The translations under genes were made by a program, and so were the position numbers. Under the pieces are notes generated by a model that was given only the letters and a program-made list of their open reading frames with translations, did no database searches and was not told where the DNA came from. Below are positions 47,894 through 57,050 of a DNA stretch of 64,000 nucleotides, piece after piece. The first letter of the stretch is position 1, and every line of letters begins with the position of its first letter. Where the stretch lies: assembly GCA_965178585.1 (NCBI GenBank), contig OZ238267.1, positions 2,355,313 to 2,419,312 of the forward strand, in the 5' to 3' direction. This DNA comes from Flavobacteriaceae bacterium (GTDB lineage: Bacteria > Bacteroidota > Bacteroidia > Flavobacteriales > Flavobacteriaceae).

Positions 47894-48859
47894 TTATTCG
47901 AAATTTACAAAAATCAATCCCATGAAAATTGCATAAGCCACAAAGAGGATAATTCCTTTATATCTAGTTAAGATAAAACGTTTTGGCAAATGAGCTAAAA
48001 TATAAATAGCTGCAGAAAAACCTAACATCCAAATAACATCAGTTAAAACAACAGATATACTAGATTCCATAACAGAAATTGGGTGTATTATTGCTGTGAT
48101 TCCTAAAACCGATGCAATATTAAAAATATTAGATCCTATAATATTTCCTATTAATAAAGCTTTTTCTTGCCTTAAAGCCGCAACAACAGATGCCGCTAAC
48201 TCAGGTACACTAGTACCAATAGCAATCATAGTAACCGCAATAACTCTATTACTCACTTCAAAATATCGAGCAACATTAACTGCTCCTTTAACTAATAACT
48301 CACTTCCTCCCCACAAAGCAGCACCACCAATCAATAACCAAACTAGTATTTTAAAATTTGATGTTATTTCAGTATCTATCTGAATTGGATCCTTAGCTTT
48401 TTTTATTTTTCTGTTTTTTTGAGCTTTTTTTATTAATATCCATAAATAAACAAACAATGCTAATACTAAACAGAAACCTTCTAAACTACCTATATCACTA
48501 CCAAATTTCAAGAAAAAATATAAGGCTCCAGAAAACAACATCATTACAGGCCAGTTAAATTTATAAAAATCTCTGTCCAGAAAAAGCGGAGATATAATTG
48601 CTGTCACCCCTAGCACCAATCCAATATTAGCTATGTTGGAACCAATTACATTTCCTAAAGCAATAAAAGGATAACCATCGATTGCTGCTTGAACACTTAC
48701 AAAAAGTTCTGGAGCAGAAGTAGCAAAGGACACCACTGTTAAACCAATTACCATTCTTGACAGGTGAAATTTTAAGGAAAGTGCTACAGAGGAACGAACC
48801 AAAAACTCACCTCCTACTACTAACAATGTCAATCCTAACAAGATGAAAACAATATCCAT
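47894..48859 (-). CDS. Ca2+/Na+ antiporter (CaCA/YrbG family).
   Basis: It has two alpha-repeat motifs (GTSAPELFVS and GTSVPELAAS; GNVIGSNIANI and GNIIGSNIFNI). Confidence 0.85.
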   Translation of the reverse strand: MDIVFILLGLTLLVVGGEFLVRSSVALSLKFHLSRMVIGLTVVSFATSAPELFVSVQAAIDGYPFIALGNVIGSNIANIGLVLGVTAIISPLFLDRDFYKFNWPVMMLFSGALYFFLKFGSDIGSLEGFCLVLALFVYLWILIKKAQKNRKIKKAKDPIQIDTEITSNFKILVWLLIGGAALWGGSELLVKGAVNVARYFEVSNRVIAVTMIAIGTSVPELAASVVAALRQEKALLIGNIIGSNIFNIASVLGITAIIHPISVMESSISVVLTDVIWMLGFSAAIYILAHLPKRFILTRYKGIILFVAYAIFMGLIFVNFE

Positions 48860-48971
48860 ATACCTTACTATTAAGTTGCGAAGATACTATTTTATACACA
48901 TTTTAAGATTCTTGCTCCTTTATATAATTTTCACATTTTATTAACTAAAACTACTTTTTTAGTTAAATTAC

Positions 48972-49013
48972 TACAAATATAGTTGTATAACTATTTTTAT
49001 AGTTATATGTTTG
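48972..49013 (+). promoter_or_regulatory. Candidate BlaI-type operator dyads overlapping a -7 box.
   Basis: TACAAaTATAgTTGTA lies at 48972-48987. tataactat-tttt-atagttata lies at 48986-49007. TAtgTTTG lies at 49006-49013, and the blaI-like ATG is at 49049. Confidence 0.5.
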
Positions 49014-49048
49014 TTGAGAGTTACAAATCATTTAAATATAAATTATAA

Positions 49049-49405
49049 ATGGAAAGAATTACCAACAAAGAAGAAGAAGTAATGCAAGCACTTTGGGACC
49101 TAAAAAAATGTTTTATAAAAGATATACTTGCTAAACTTCCTGAGGGTAATCACTATAACACAGTTTCTACAATTGTTAGAAATCTAGAAGACAAGGGCTA
49201 TGTTTCTCATCAAGCCTTTGGAAAAACTCACCAATACTTCCCTATTATAACTAAAGAAGCCTACAGCAAACAATTTATGAATATAGCTTCACAACGATTC
49301 TTTAATAATAGTTATAAGAACATGGTTTCTTTTTTTGCTAAAGAAGAAAAAATTAGCGCTAAAGAATTACGTGAAATTTTAGAACTAATTGAAAATAAAA
49401 AATAA
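49049..49405 (+). CDS. BlaI/MecI/CopY-family transcriptional repressor.
   Basis: It is a 118-aa winged helix protein (EEEVMQALWD...YNTVSTIVRNLEDKGYV). Confidence 0.85.
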   Translation: MERITNKEEEVMQALWDLKKCFIKDILAKLPEGNHYNTVSTIVRNLEDKGYVSHQAFGKTHQYFPIITKEAYSKQFMNIASQRFFNNSYKNMVSFFAKEEKISAKELREILELIENKK

Positions 49406-49406
49406 T

Positions 49407-51287
49407 ATGGAAACTTATATATTAAAATCTGCGGCTATTCTTACTTTATTCTATTTTGTTTATTTATTAGTATTAAGGAAGGACACTTTTTTTTCAGCAA
49501 ATAGACATTATTTATTTGGAGGAATTATAGCATCAATAGTTTTACCATTTGTAATTTTTACGAATACTATTTATATAGATGCTCCATTAATTAATGAATT
49601 ATCTAAAAGCCCTAATGAATCTGTTATAATTCCTATGGTTAATACAAACACCAATTCTATAGATTGGTTAACCATCATAACTATAATCTATTTATTAGGA
49701 ATCTTGATAATGAGTATACGGTTTCTCAAACAATTCATTTCTTTATATTTATTAATTGCAAATCATCCTCAAAAAAAGTCAAATGGTTTTAGATTCGTTA
49801 AAGTAACTGAAAACATTACCCCTTTTTCATTTTTTAAATACATTGTTTATAACCCTAAAAAGCATACCGAAAGTGATTTAAAAATGATATTAAAACATGA
49901 GCAATCTCATGCTTCACAACATCATTCAGTTGACATTTTACTTTCTAATCTATTACTTATTGTACAATGGATGAATCCAGTTGCTTGGCTTTACAAAAAA
50001 AGTATAGAAGAAAACTTAGAGTTTATAGCAGATAGTGAAACAGTACAACAAATACCAAAAACAGAATACCAACTCACTTTATTGAAAACTATTTCAATAG
50101 ATAGTTTACAACCCATATTAGCAAATAACTTTTATCAATCATTAATTAAAAAACGAATTATTATGTTACACAAAAATCAATCATCAAGTAAAAAACAATG
50201 GAAATTATTAATCATTTTACCATTATTAGGAGTCTTTCTTTGGAGTTTTAATATAGAAGAAGAAATTAAATACAATGATTATTCTACTTCAGAAAATTTG
50301 GAAACTGTATCTTCTACTGTAAATATTACAAAAGAGGAAAAACCAATATTAGATATCTCTGAAAACAGTTTTTCAAAAAAAGTAAAATCTGAAAACCCAA
50401 AATCTGGTTCTAATGTTATTTCTAAAAAGAATGAAAAAGCAATTATAGACAACAAAATAACTGTTACTGTCGACAAAAACACAACCGATGAAGAATTAGA
50501 GAGCCTTAAAAAAATGTTTAAGGATGTTTATAAGGTAACCTTAAATTTCACAAATGTAAATAGAAATAGTTCTGGAGAAATTACTTCAATAAATGTAACT
50601 ATGACTTCTAAAAAATCCAATGCAAATTTTAATCAAAATGATGCGGAGGGAATTCACGAATTTATGATTTCCTATGATCAAAAGAAAGGGTCCATTGAAA
50701 TTGGAAATTTCAAATCTCACGACATACATTACAAAACTAAAAGTGGAAATGAAGTTATTTACGAATTTGAGGATAACAACGGAGAAGTAAGTACTTGGAC
50801 CTCTAAAGATGGAAAAACTGTAAAAAAAGGTAAAGGCAATTATGTTATCCATGAAGAGCATAGTGATGGTGAAGGAAATCATGAAATTAGAGTAATTTCT
50901 AGTTCTAATTCAGATTCAAATGTATGGGTTACGGATGAAGGAAATGTGATAAAGAAAGGATCTAAAACTATAATAGTTGAAAGAGATGAAGATCATGATG
51001 GAGACCAGGATGAAGAAAGCATGCTATTTATTAACAGGAATGCTGATCCAGATAAAGATTCTATTTTTATAGTAAAGGAATCTGAAGACTCTATATTTCT
51101 TTCGGGTGATAAAGATAAAAAGCCAATAATTTTTATTGATGGAAAAAAATCTAACAGTAAAAAAATGGAAAAATTAGGAGGTAATTCCATTGAAAAAGTC
51201 GAAATAATTAAAGGTGACAAAGCCATTGAGAAATATGGTGAAAAAGCAAAAAATGGTGTTATTTTAATTACAACAAAGAAGAATTAA
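49407..51287 (+). CDS. M56-family (BlaR1-like) membrane metalloprotease/signal transducer with a non-canonical C-terminal domain.
   Basis: It has N-terminal TM helices and an HEQSH zinc motif. Its long K/E/D-rich extracytoplasmic tail ends in IEKVEIIKGDKAIEKYGEKAKNGVILITTKK. The start Met at 49407 lies 1 nt after the blaI-like stop. Confidence 0.8.
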   Translation: METYILKSAAILTLFYFVYLLVLRKDTFFSANRHYLFGGIIASIVLPFVIFTNTIYIDAPLINELSKSPNESVIIPMVNTNTNSIDWLTIITIIYLLGILIMSIRFLKQFISLYLLIANHPQKKSNGFRFVKVTENITPFSFFKYIVYNPKKHTESDLKMILKHEQSHASQHHSVDILLSNLLLIVQWMNPVAWLYKKSIEENLEFIADSETVQQIPKTEYQLTLLKTISIDSLQPILANNFYQSLIKKRIIMLHKNQSSSKKQWKLLIILPLLGVFLWSFNIEEEIKYNDYSTSENLETVSSTVNITKEEKPILDISENSFSKKVKSENPKSGSNVISKKNEKAIIDNKITVTVDKNTTDEELESLKKMFKDVYKVTLNFTNVNRNSSGEITSINVTMTSKKSNANFNQNDAEGIHEFMISYDQKKGSIEIGNFKSHDIHYKTKSGNEVIYEFEDNNGEVSTWTSKDGKTVKKGKGNYVIHEEHSDGEGNHEIRVISSSNSDSNVWVTDEGNVIKKGSKTIIVERDEDHDGDQDEESMLFINRNADPDKDSIFIVKESEDSIFLSGDKDKKPIIFIDGKKSNSKKMEKLGGNSIEKVEIIKGDKAIEKYGEKAKNGVILITTKKN

Positions 51288-51306
51288 CACAACCAAAATT
51301 AGAAAA

Positions 51307-51342
51307 GTCTCATTCTTTATTTATTAGAATGGGACTTTTTTT
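51307..51342 (+). terminator. Intrinsic terminator after the blaR1-like gene.
   Basis: gtctcattct-ttatttatt-agaatgggac (10-bp stem with one G-U pair) is followed by T7. Confidence 0.75.
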
Positions 51343-51359
51343 ATTTGTATTTTTAAAAA

Positions 51360-51515
51360 ATGAAATCATTTTACAAATCTTTAGCTAAAATCAACAAGGC
51401 AATACTTCCTAGCTTTACCAAACAACGATTGGATTTAAGTAAAGCAAAAAAATGGCAAATGGCTTTATTTGGCTATCGCATTTGGGTTACTAAAAGAGCT
51501 TTGGATTGCAAATAA
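51360..51515 (+). CDS. Candidate small basic protein (51 aa). It falls below the ORF-track length cutoff.
   Basis: The ATG at 51360 follows the terminator. The ORF encodes MKSFYKSLAKINKAILPSFTKQRLDLSKAKKWQMALFGYRIWVTKRALDCK and occupies an otherwise empty 259-bp gap. Confidence 0.3.
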   Translation: MKSFYKSLAKINKAILPSFTKQRLDLSKAKKWQMALFGYRIWVTKRALDCK

Positions 51516-51546
51516 TTTTTTATTTTTACCAAAAAAATATTAAACA

Positions 51547-52098
51547 ATGAACAAGAATTTAATATTATTATTATTACCCATATTTCTAATTGGATGTAAA
51601 CAAAAGGAAGAAAAGCCGAATAATACTAGTGATGTTACAATAAACAATAAATCATTATTTACAATTGATTCTACTACTTCAAATAACTCATATAATTATG
51701 ATGAAATTATGAGCATTAACAAATTAGTATATCTTAAAAAAGATTCAACTTTAGTTACTGGAAAAATAAATAATTATTATGATAATGGTCAAGTTAAACA
51801 ATTAAAAACTTTCAAGGATGGAAAATTAGATGGGCTTCGCAAAGTATGGTATGAAAATGGACAATTAATGCAAGAAGGAACATTTAAAAATGGGAAAATT
51901 GAAGGAACAAGAAGCCTCTGGTTCGATACTGGTGAATTAAAAGCAGAAGGAACCTATAAGGATGGTAATTTAGATGGCTACAAAAAACAATGGTATAAAA
52001 ACGGTCAACTAAAGTCTGAAACTAACTACAAACAAGGTAAGCTTAACGGTGTTACCAAACAATATACTGAAGACGGTCAATTAAAAGAAGAAAAATAA
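51547..52098 (+). CDS. MORN-variant repeat lipoprotein (YwqK-like).
   Basis: It has a lipobox (LIGC) and five or more tandem ~23-aa repeats of the form GxLxGxxKxWYxNGQLxxExxFKxGK. Confidence 0.7.
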   Translation: MNKNLILLLLPIFLIGCKQKEEKPNNTSDVTINNKSLFTIDSTTSNNSYNYDEIMSINKLVYLKKDSTLVTGKINNYYDNGQVKQLKTFKDGKLDGLRKVWYENGQLMQEGTFKNGKIEGTRSLWFDTGELKAEGTYKDGNLDGYKKQWYKNGQLKSETNYKQGKLNGVTKQYTEDGQLKEEK

Positions 52099-52151
52099 AA
52101 TAAAAAAACGGTAAAATCATTAATATTGATTTATTCTTCTAATTCCAAAAT

Positions 52152-52185
52152 AAAAAAAGGAGTTACATAAATGTAACTCCTTTTT
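52152..52185. terminator. Bidirectional intrinsic terminator.
   Basis: ggagttacat/atgtaactcc is flanked by A7 and T5. It lies between the + strand MORN gene and the - strand tRNA. Confidence 0.75.
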
Positions 52186-52192
52186 GTTAATG

Positions 52193-52266
52193 TGACCACG
52201 GCAGGATTCAAACCTGCAACCTCCTGAGCCGTAATCAGGTGCGCTATTCAGTTGCGCCACGTGGCC
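52193..52266 (-). tRNA. tRNA-Arg (anticodon ACG).
   Basis: The 74-nt cloverleaf was folded by hand. The acceptor is GGCCACG/CGTGGTC, the D-stem GCGC/GCGC, the anticodon arm CCTGA-TTACGGC-TCAGG and the T-arm GCAGG-TTTGAAT-CCTGC. The discriminator is A and no CCA is encoded. Confidence 0.9.
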
Positions 52267-52338
52267 GTTATTGGGCTGCAAATATAAAAATATATTGTTG
52301 ATAATCTAATTAAAAAACTTAAAATTTTACTTTAGAAA

Positions 52339-52614
52339 TTAGACAATTTCAGCACTTAAATCTGCTTGAAGTAATTGAGTACACCGTGGTTTTAAATCTT
52401 CGTATGAACCAGTTTTAACAGTACACTTTCCTTTATAGTGCACTATTATCGAACATTGTTCAGCTTGCTCTAAAGTATGACCACAAACATGTATTAATGT
52501 TTCTACTACATGATCAAAGGTATTTACGTCGTCGTTAAAGAGAACTATTTGATGTTCGTTAGCTTCCTTTTCAGCAACATCTGTTTCTTCTTGTATTTTT
52601 TCTTTTATTCCCAT
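52339..52614 (-). CDS. clpS: ATP-dependent Clp protease adaptor ClpS.
   Basis: It has the ClpS core (VLFNDDVNTFDHVVETLIHVCGHTLEQAEQCSIIVHYKGKCTV). The Met at 52614 avoids overlap with prmA; the ORF track extends to 52686. Confidence 0.88.
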   Translation of the reverse strand: MGIKEKIQEETDVAEKEANEHQIVLFNDDVNTFDHVVETLIHVCGHTLEQAEQCSIIVHYKGKCTVKTGSYEDLKPRCTQLLQADLSAEIV

Positions 52615-52636
52615 AAAAAATAAACCTTCTTCTATT

Positions 52637-53470
52637 TTATTTTCTAAATTTTGCCGCAATCCAGTTATTGCGTTCTTTATTTTCAACGAAAGTTAATCCC
52701 AAATTATTACAAGTATCGGTTATTAAATGCAAATCTTCTTTATAAAACCCACTTAAATATAAGGTTCCATTTTCATTTAAGCTATTTGAATAAATTTCCA
52801 TATCCTGCAACAGAATATTCCTATTGATATTTGCAATGATAACATCGTATGTTTTTCCATCAAAAAATGAAGCATCTCCTTTATAAACTGAAATATTTTC
52901 ACATTGGTTTCGCTCTACATTTTCTACTGAATTTTCATAACACCATTCATCGATATCAACTGCGTCCAAATTTTCAGCTCCATTCATTTCAGCTAAAATT
53001 GCTAAAACTGCTGTACCACAGCCCATATCCATTACCGATTTACCTTTAAAATCATTCTCTAATATATACTGAAGCATCATAAAAGTAGTTTCATGATGGC
53101 CTGTTCCAAAAGACATTTTTGGTTCTATTATAATTTCATATTTCACATTAAAAGGTGGGTGAAATGGAGCTCGTAAAGCACACTCTCCATTAACTTCAAT
53201 AGGGTTAAAATTCTTTTCCCATTCTGAATTCCAATTCACTTGTGGAATTTCAGTAACGACATATGTAATTTTAAATTCTGAAGAATTTAATATTTGAACC
53301 TCATCTATTAATTTTGAATTGAGTTCTTCTTTTTGAATATATGCTTTTAGTCCAGTATCCGTTTCTGTAAAACTTTCAAAATTTAATTCCCCTAATTGCG
53401 CTATTAAAATTTCGGAAGCGGGTTGTAAAGGTGTTATCGTAAAGTGATATTCGATATAAATTTGTGACAT
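52637..53470 (-). CDS. prmA: Ribosomal protein L11 methyltransferase.
   Basis: It has PrmA motifs (FGTGHHETT, VMDMGCGTAVLAI). Confidence 0.88.
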   Translation of the reverse strand: MSQIYIEYHFTITPLQPASEILIAQLGELNFESFTETDTGLKAYIQKEELNSKLIDEVQILNSSEFKITYVVTEIPQVNWNSEWEKNFNPIEVNGECALRAPFHPPFNVKYEIIIEPKMSFGTGHHETTFMMLQYILENDFKGKSVMDMGCGTAVLAILAEMNGAENLDAVDIDEWCYENSVENVERNQCENISVYKGDASFFDGKTYDVIIANINRNILLQDMEIYSNSLNENGTLYLSGFYKEDLHLITDTCNNLGLTFVENKERNNWIAAKFRK

Positions 53471-53471
53471 A

Positions 53472-54221
53472 TTAAAACGCGTTCACTATTGCCATAAAAT
53501 TATCTGCATTTAAAGCAGCTCCTCCAATTAGTCCTCCATCTACATCTTTCTTTCCAAATATCTCTTTAGCATTATCAGGCTTTACACTTCCTCCATAAAG
53601 GATTGACACTTCTTCTGAAATAAATGAGTTGTAATGTTTTTCAACCAACCCACGGATAAAAGCATGCATTTCTTGTGCTTGTTCTGGACTTGCTGTTTGT
53701 CCTGTGCCTATTGCCCAAACAGGCTCGTAAGCTAAAACCATTGTATTCCAATTCTCTTTTTCTAAATGAAACAATGCATTTTTTATCTGTCTTTCAACTA
53801 CCTTAAAATGATTATCAGTACTTCTATCTTCCCATTTTTCGCCAAAGCAAAAAATTATTCTCATATTCACTTCTAAAGCCTTATCAACTTTTTGTTTTAA
53901 TAATTCATCATCTTCATTAAAATATTCACGGCGTTCACTATGTCCTAAAATTACCGTATTAACTCCTACACTCTTTAACATTGCTGCCGAAATCTCACCT
54001 GTATATGCTCCATCATCTGCAAAATGCATGTTTTGAGCGGCCACTTTAATACTGGATTCTTTTAATAATTTTGATGCTTCCAACAAATTAACAAATGTAG
54101 GAGCAACTATTACCTCAGCACTCGAGGTTTGTTTCTTTTCTATTAGTTCGGTAATCAATGTCTTTGTTGCTGCCAAATCATTGTTCATTTTCCAATTTCC
54201 CGCTACTATATTTTTTCTCAT
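53472..54221 (-). CDS. tpiA: Triose-phosphate isomerase.
   Basis: Catalytic motifs are present: AGNWKMN, ILGHSERR, AYEPVWAIGTG and GGSV. Confidence 0.95.
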   Translation of the reverse strand: MRKNIVAGNWKMNNDLAATKTLITELIEKKQTSSAEVIVAPTFVNLLEASKLLKESSIKVAAQNMHFADDGAYTGEISAAMLKSVGVNTVILGHSERREYFNEDDELLKQKVDKALEVNMRIIFCFGEKWEDRSTDNHFKVVERQIKNALFHLEKENWNTMVLAYEPVWAIGTGQTASPEQAQEMHAFIRGLVEKHYNSFISEEVSILYGGSVKPDNAKEIFGKKDVDGGLIGGAALNADNFMAIVNAF

Positions 54222-54257
54222 ATTTATTTTTCTTATATGATTTTAATAAAATTTAAA

Positions 54258-55331
54258 TCAAACTCTAATTTTTGGATCTAGCCATCCATAAATAACATCT
54301 ACAAAAATATTAATTATAATAAATAACGAAGCTATTACAATTACAGCTCCCATTATTACAGGTAAATCTAATGTATTTAAAGCATCTACAATTTCTTTCC
54401 CTAAACCGTTCCATCCAAAAATAAACTCTACGAAAACTGCACCAGCAAGCATCGAAGCAAACCATCCAGACACCGCTGTCACTACTGGATTCATTGCATT
54501 TTTTAAGGCATGTTTTCTAATAATTGTGAACTCACTTAATCCCTTTGCTTTTGCAGTTCTAATATAATCGGTACTTAAAACTTCTAATAACGAGTTTCTC
54601 ATTAACTGACTCACTACAGCTAAGGGTCTAATTCCTAAAACCACAGCTGGAAGTATTAAATTTTTCCATTGAATATAGGCCCCATTACCAAAATCATCAA
54701 CTTCATATAAACTTCCTGTCATATTTAATCCCGTGTAATTATGAAGTAAAAAACCAAATATCCATGCAAACAAAATTGCACTAAAAAAGGAAGGGACACT
54801 CATCCCAAAAGTACTTATTAATTGTATTAATTTATCAATCCAAGTATCTTTATATTTTGCAGAAATGATTCCTAAAAAAATTCCAAAAACCATAGCAATA
54901 GTTATGGATGAAACTGCTAATACAAATGTATTGGGTAACGTTTCTGAAATTACAGTACTCACCTTCTTTCCGTTTTTCTGAAAAGATTCTCTTAAATAGG
55001 GTGCTTTTAAAACTATTTTTCTTTCTGAAACAGTGAACAAAACAATTCCATTATATTTTTTTTCTGAATAAAATGTATAATCATCTTCGTTTACACTATG
55101 TATCGACAAAGGAGAAAGGTCATTTAAATAATAAACATATTGTTTCCCAAGTGGCTGATCAAAACCATATTTCTTTTTTACAATAGCAACTTGTTCTGCG
55201 GTTTCATTTTGACCTAACATCATTCTGGCTGGATCACCAGGTAGGATATTAAACAATAAAAAAATAACAGTTACAACTCCAAAAAGTGTAAGAAAAGCAT
55301 ATCCTATTTTTTGAAGCAAATAACCAATCAC
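54258..55331 (-). CDS. ABC transporter permease (DppB/OppB-like, BPD_transp_1).
   Basis: It has the N-terminal LLFNILPGDPARMMLG motif and the EAA-loop region (TDYIRTAKAKGLSEFTIIRKHALKNA). Confidence 0.8.
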   Translation of the reverse strand: MIGYLLQKIGYAFLTLFGVVTVIFLLFNILPGDPARMMLGQNETAEQVAIVKKKYGFDQPLGKQYVYYLNDLSPLSIHSVNEDDYTFYSEKKYNGIVLFTVSERKIVLKAPYLRESFQKNGKKVSTVISETLPNTFVLAVSSITIAMVFGIFLGIISAKYKDTWIDKLIQLISTFGMSVPSFFSAILFAWIFGFLLHNYTGLNMTGSLYEVDDFGNGAYIQWKNLILPAVVLGIRPLAVVSQLMRNSLLEVLSTDYIRTAKAKGLSEFTIIRKHALKNAMNPVVTAVSGWFASMLAGAVFVEFIFGWNGLGKEIVDALNTLDLPVIMGAVIVIASLFIIINIFVDVIYGWLDPKIRV

Positions 55332-56434
55332 TATTTATTATTTGTTAGCTTTAAATTAGATGCATCGTTCCAATGCAGTTTTTGCATGACAGTTCCACTT
55401 TGTAACTCCATTAATGATGGATTGCTACGTATAATTGTTTTCAAGGCAGTTTCATCACAAAAGTAGAAATCAAAATTAAGATTATGTTCTTTTGTAAGAG
55501 CTTCAGTTACTTCTGGACTAGAAGCTGAAAGACCAATAACCTTATAACCGTTTTCTAAAGCCTTATCTGTAGCGGTTTTAATATTTGCAAACCCTTCTGT
55601 TTCAGAATTACTAATACTATATGCTACTACTACAATAAGGTTTTTTTCATTTAAAAGGTCTGAAGAAAAATCCTCTCCATCGCGTTCCATAGTAAAATCA
55701 TGGATTGGAGGTTCATACCCTTCTTGAATCATTATAGTCTCTACCGTATACTCACCTTCTTCCTTAGGGAAATCTCCATTAGTCACTACTACTTTTTCAG
55801 CTCCATTATGTGTAAAAGTCCAATGGTATTCAAAAATAGGCTGTGCAGCATTTGGTGGATAAGACATACCTTCTGTAATATTAGCACCTATTTTATAAGG
55901 TCTAAAATCTACAACTGGCAAGTGTTGTAACACATAATAACCAAACGCCATACAAGCTATAAAAGAAGCGTATACTACTATTTTACGGCCGTTTGAGGTA
56001 AAAATGGGTTTTATATAATCTCTTCCAAAATATATTACCGCCAAAAATACTAATAACACGATATCTTTTGTAAATGATCCCCAAGGTGTTAGTTTAATAG
56101 CGTCTCCAAAACAACCACAATCGGTTACTTTATTAAAATATGCAGAATAAAAAGTTAAGAATGTAAAAAAGACGATCATTAATATAGAACTCCAAATTGT
56201 AAACCTTTTTGCATATCCTAGAAGAAGCATCACTCCTAGCATTACTTCAAATATTACAACAAAAATGGCAATTAATAAAGCAAATGGAATAAACACTTCA
56301 AGGTTTAAAACATCTGGAGCAAAGTAATCTTTAAGTTTAAACGAAAAACCAACGGGGTCATTAAGTTTTATTAATCCACTAATAATAAATAATACACCTA
56401 CTAAAATCCTGGAAAGGTTGACTATTTGTTTCAT
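55331..56434 (-). CDS. DoxX/MauE-like membrane protein with a C-terminal soluble domain.
   Basis: The N-terminal ~170 aa have 4-5 TM helices (ILVGVLFIISGLIKLNDPVGF). A CGCFG motif is present, and the C-terminal ~190 aa are soluble. Confidence 0.55.
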   Translation of the reverse strand: MKQIVNLSRILVGVLFIISGLIKLNDPVGFSFKLKDYFAPDVLNLEVFIPFALLIAIFVVIFEVMLGVMLLLGYAKRFTIWSSILMIVFFTFLTFYSAYFNKVTDCGCFGDAIKLTPWGSFTKDIVLLVFLAVIYFGRDYIKPIFTSNGRKIVVYASFIACMAFGYYVLQHLPVVDFRPYKIGANITEGMSYPPNAAQPIFEYHWTFTHNGAEKVVVTNGDFPKEEGEYTVETIMIQEGYEPPIHDFTMERDGEDFSSDLLNEKNLIVVVAYSISNSETEGFANIKTATDKALENGYKVIGLSASSPEVTEALTKEHNLNFDFYFCDETALKTIIRSNPSLMELQSGTVMQKLHWNDASNLKLTNNK

Positions 56435-56455
56435 AATTTATTTTTTTTATCAGCT

Positions 56456-56998
56456 TTATTTTTCTTCCTCTAAAAGTATTAGAGCAAAAATTGCATAATT
56501 AATCATATCCTGATAATTGGCATCAATACCTTCAGATACTAATGTTTTTCCCATATTATCTTCAATCTGTTTTACTCTTAGCAGTTTTTGTAAAATTAAA
56601 TCGGTAAGAGAACTTACCCTCATATCTCTCCAAGCCTCGCCATAATCATGGTTTTTATCCATCATTAATTGCTTGGTTATATTCACGTTTTTATCATATT
56701 CTTCAACAGATTGTTCCAAATTAATATCTGGTTGTTCTACAACGCCTAATTCTAATTGAATCAATGCCATTATAGAATAGTTAATTATACCAATAAACTC
56801 ACTTACCTGGCCTTCATCTACTTTTTGCACCTCATTTTGCTGTAATCCTCTAATCCGTTGTGTTTTAATAAATATTTGATCGGTTAAAGATGGCAAACGA
56901 AGTATTCTCCAAGCACTACCGTAGTCTTTCATTTTATTGATAAACAAGCTTCTACAAGTTTCTATAATTTTATCGTATTGTTTTGATGTATCTGCCAT
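56456..56998 (-). CDS. DUF1599 domain protein (two tandem repeats).
   Basis: KDYGSAWRILRLPSLTDQIFIKTQRIR in the first half is repeated as HDYGEAWRDMRVSSLTDLILQKLLRVK in the second half. Confidence 0.65.
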   Translation of the reverse strand: MADTSKQYDKIIETCRSLFINKMKDYGSAWRILRLPSLTDQIFIKTQRIRGLQQNEVQKVDEGQVSEFIGIINYSIMALIQLELGVVEQPDINLEQSVEEYDKNVNITKQLMMDKNHDYGEAWRDMRVSSLTDLILQKLLRVKQIEDNMGKTLVSEGIDANYQDMINYAIFALILLEEEK

Positions 56999-57050
56999 TA
57001 GGTCTGTAAGATTTTCCGTAAATTTCGCTTAAATAAATCAATTTAAAAAA

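Noticed and set aside
52099-52338. The tRNA-Arg locus as an integration hotspot or genomic-island border.
   Set aside because: There is no integrase, no direct repeat of the tRNA 3' end and no compositional break that I can see. The flanking genes are ordinary.
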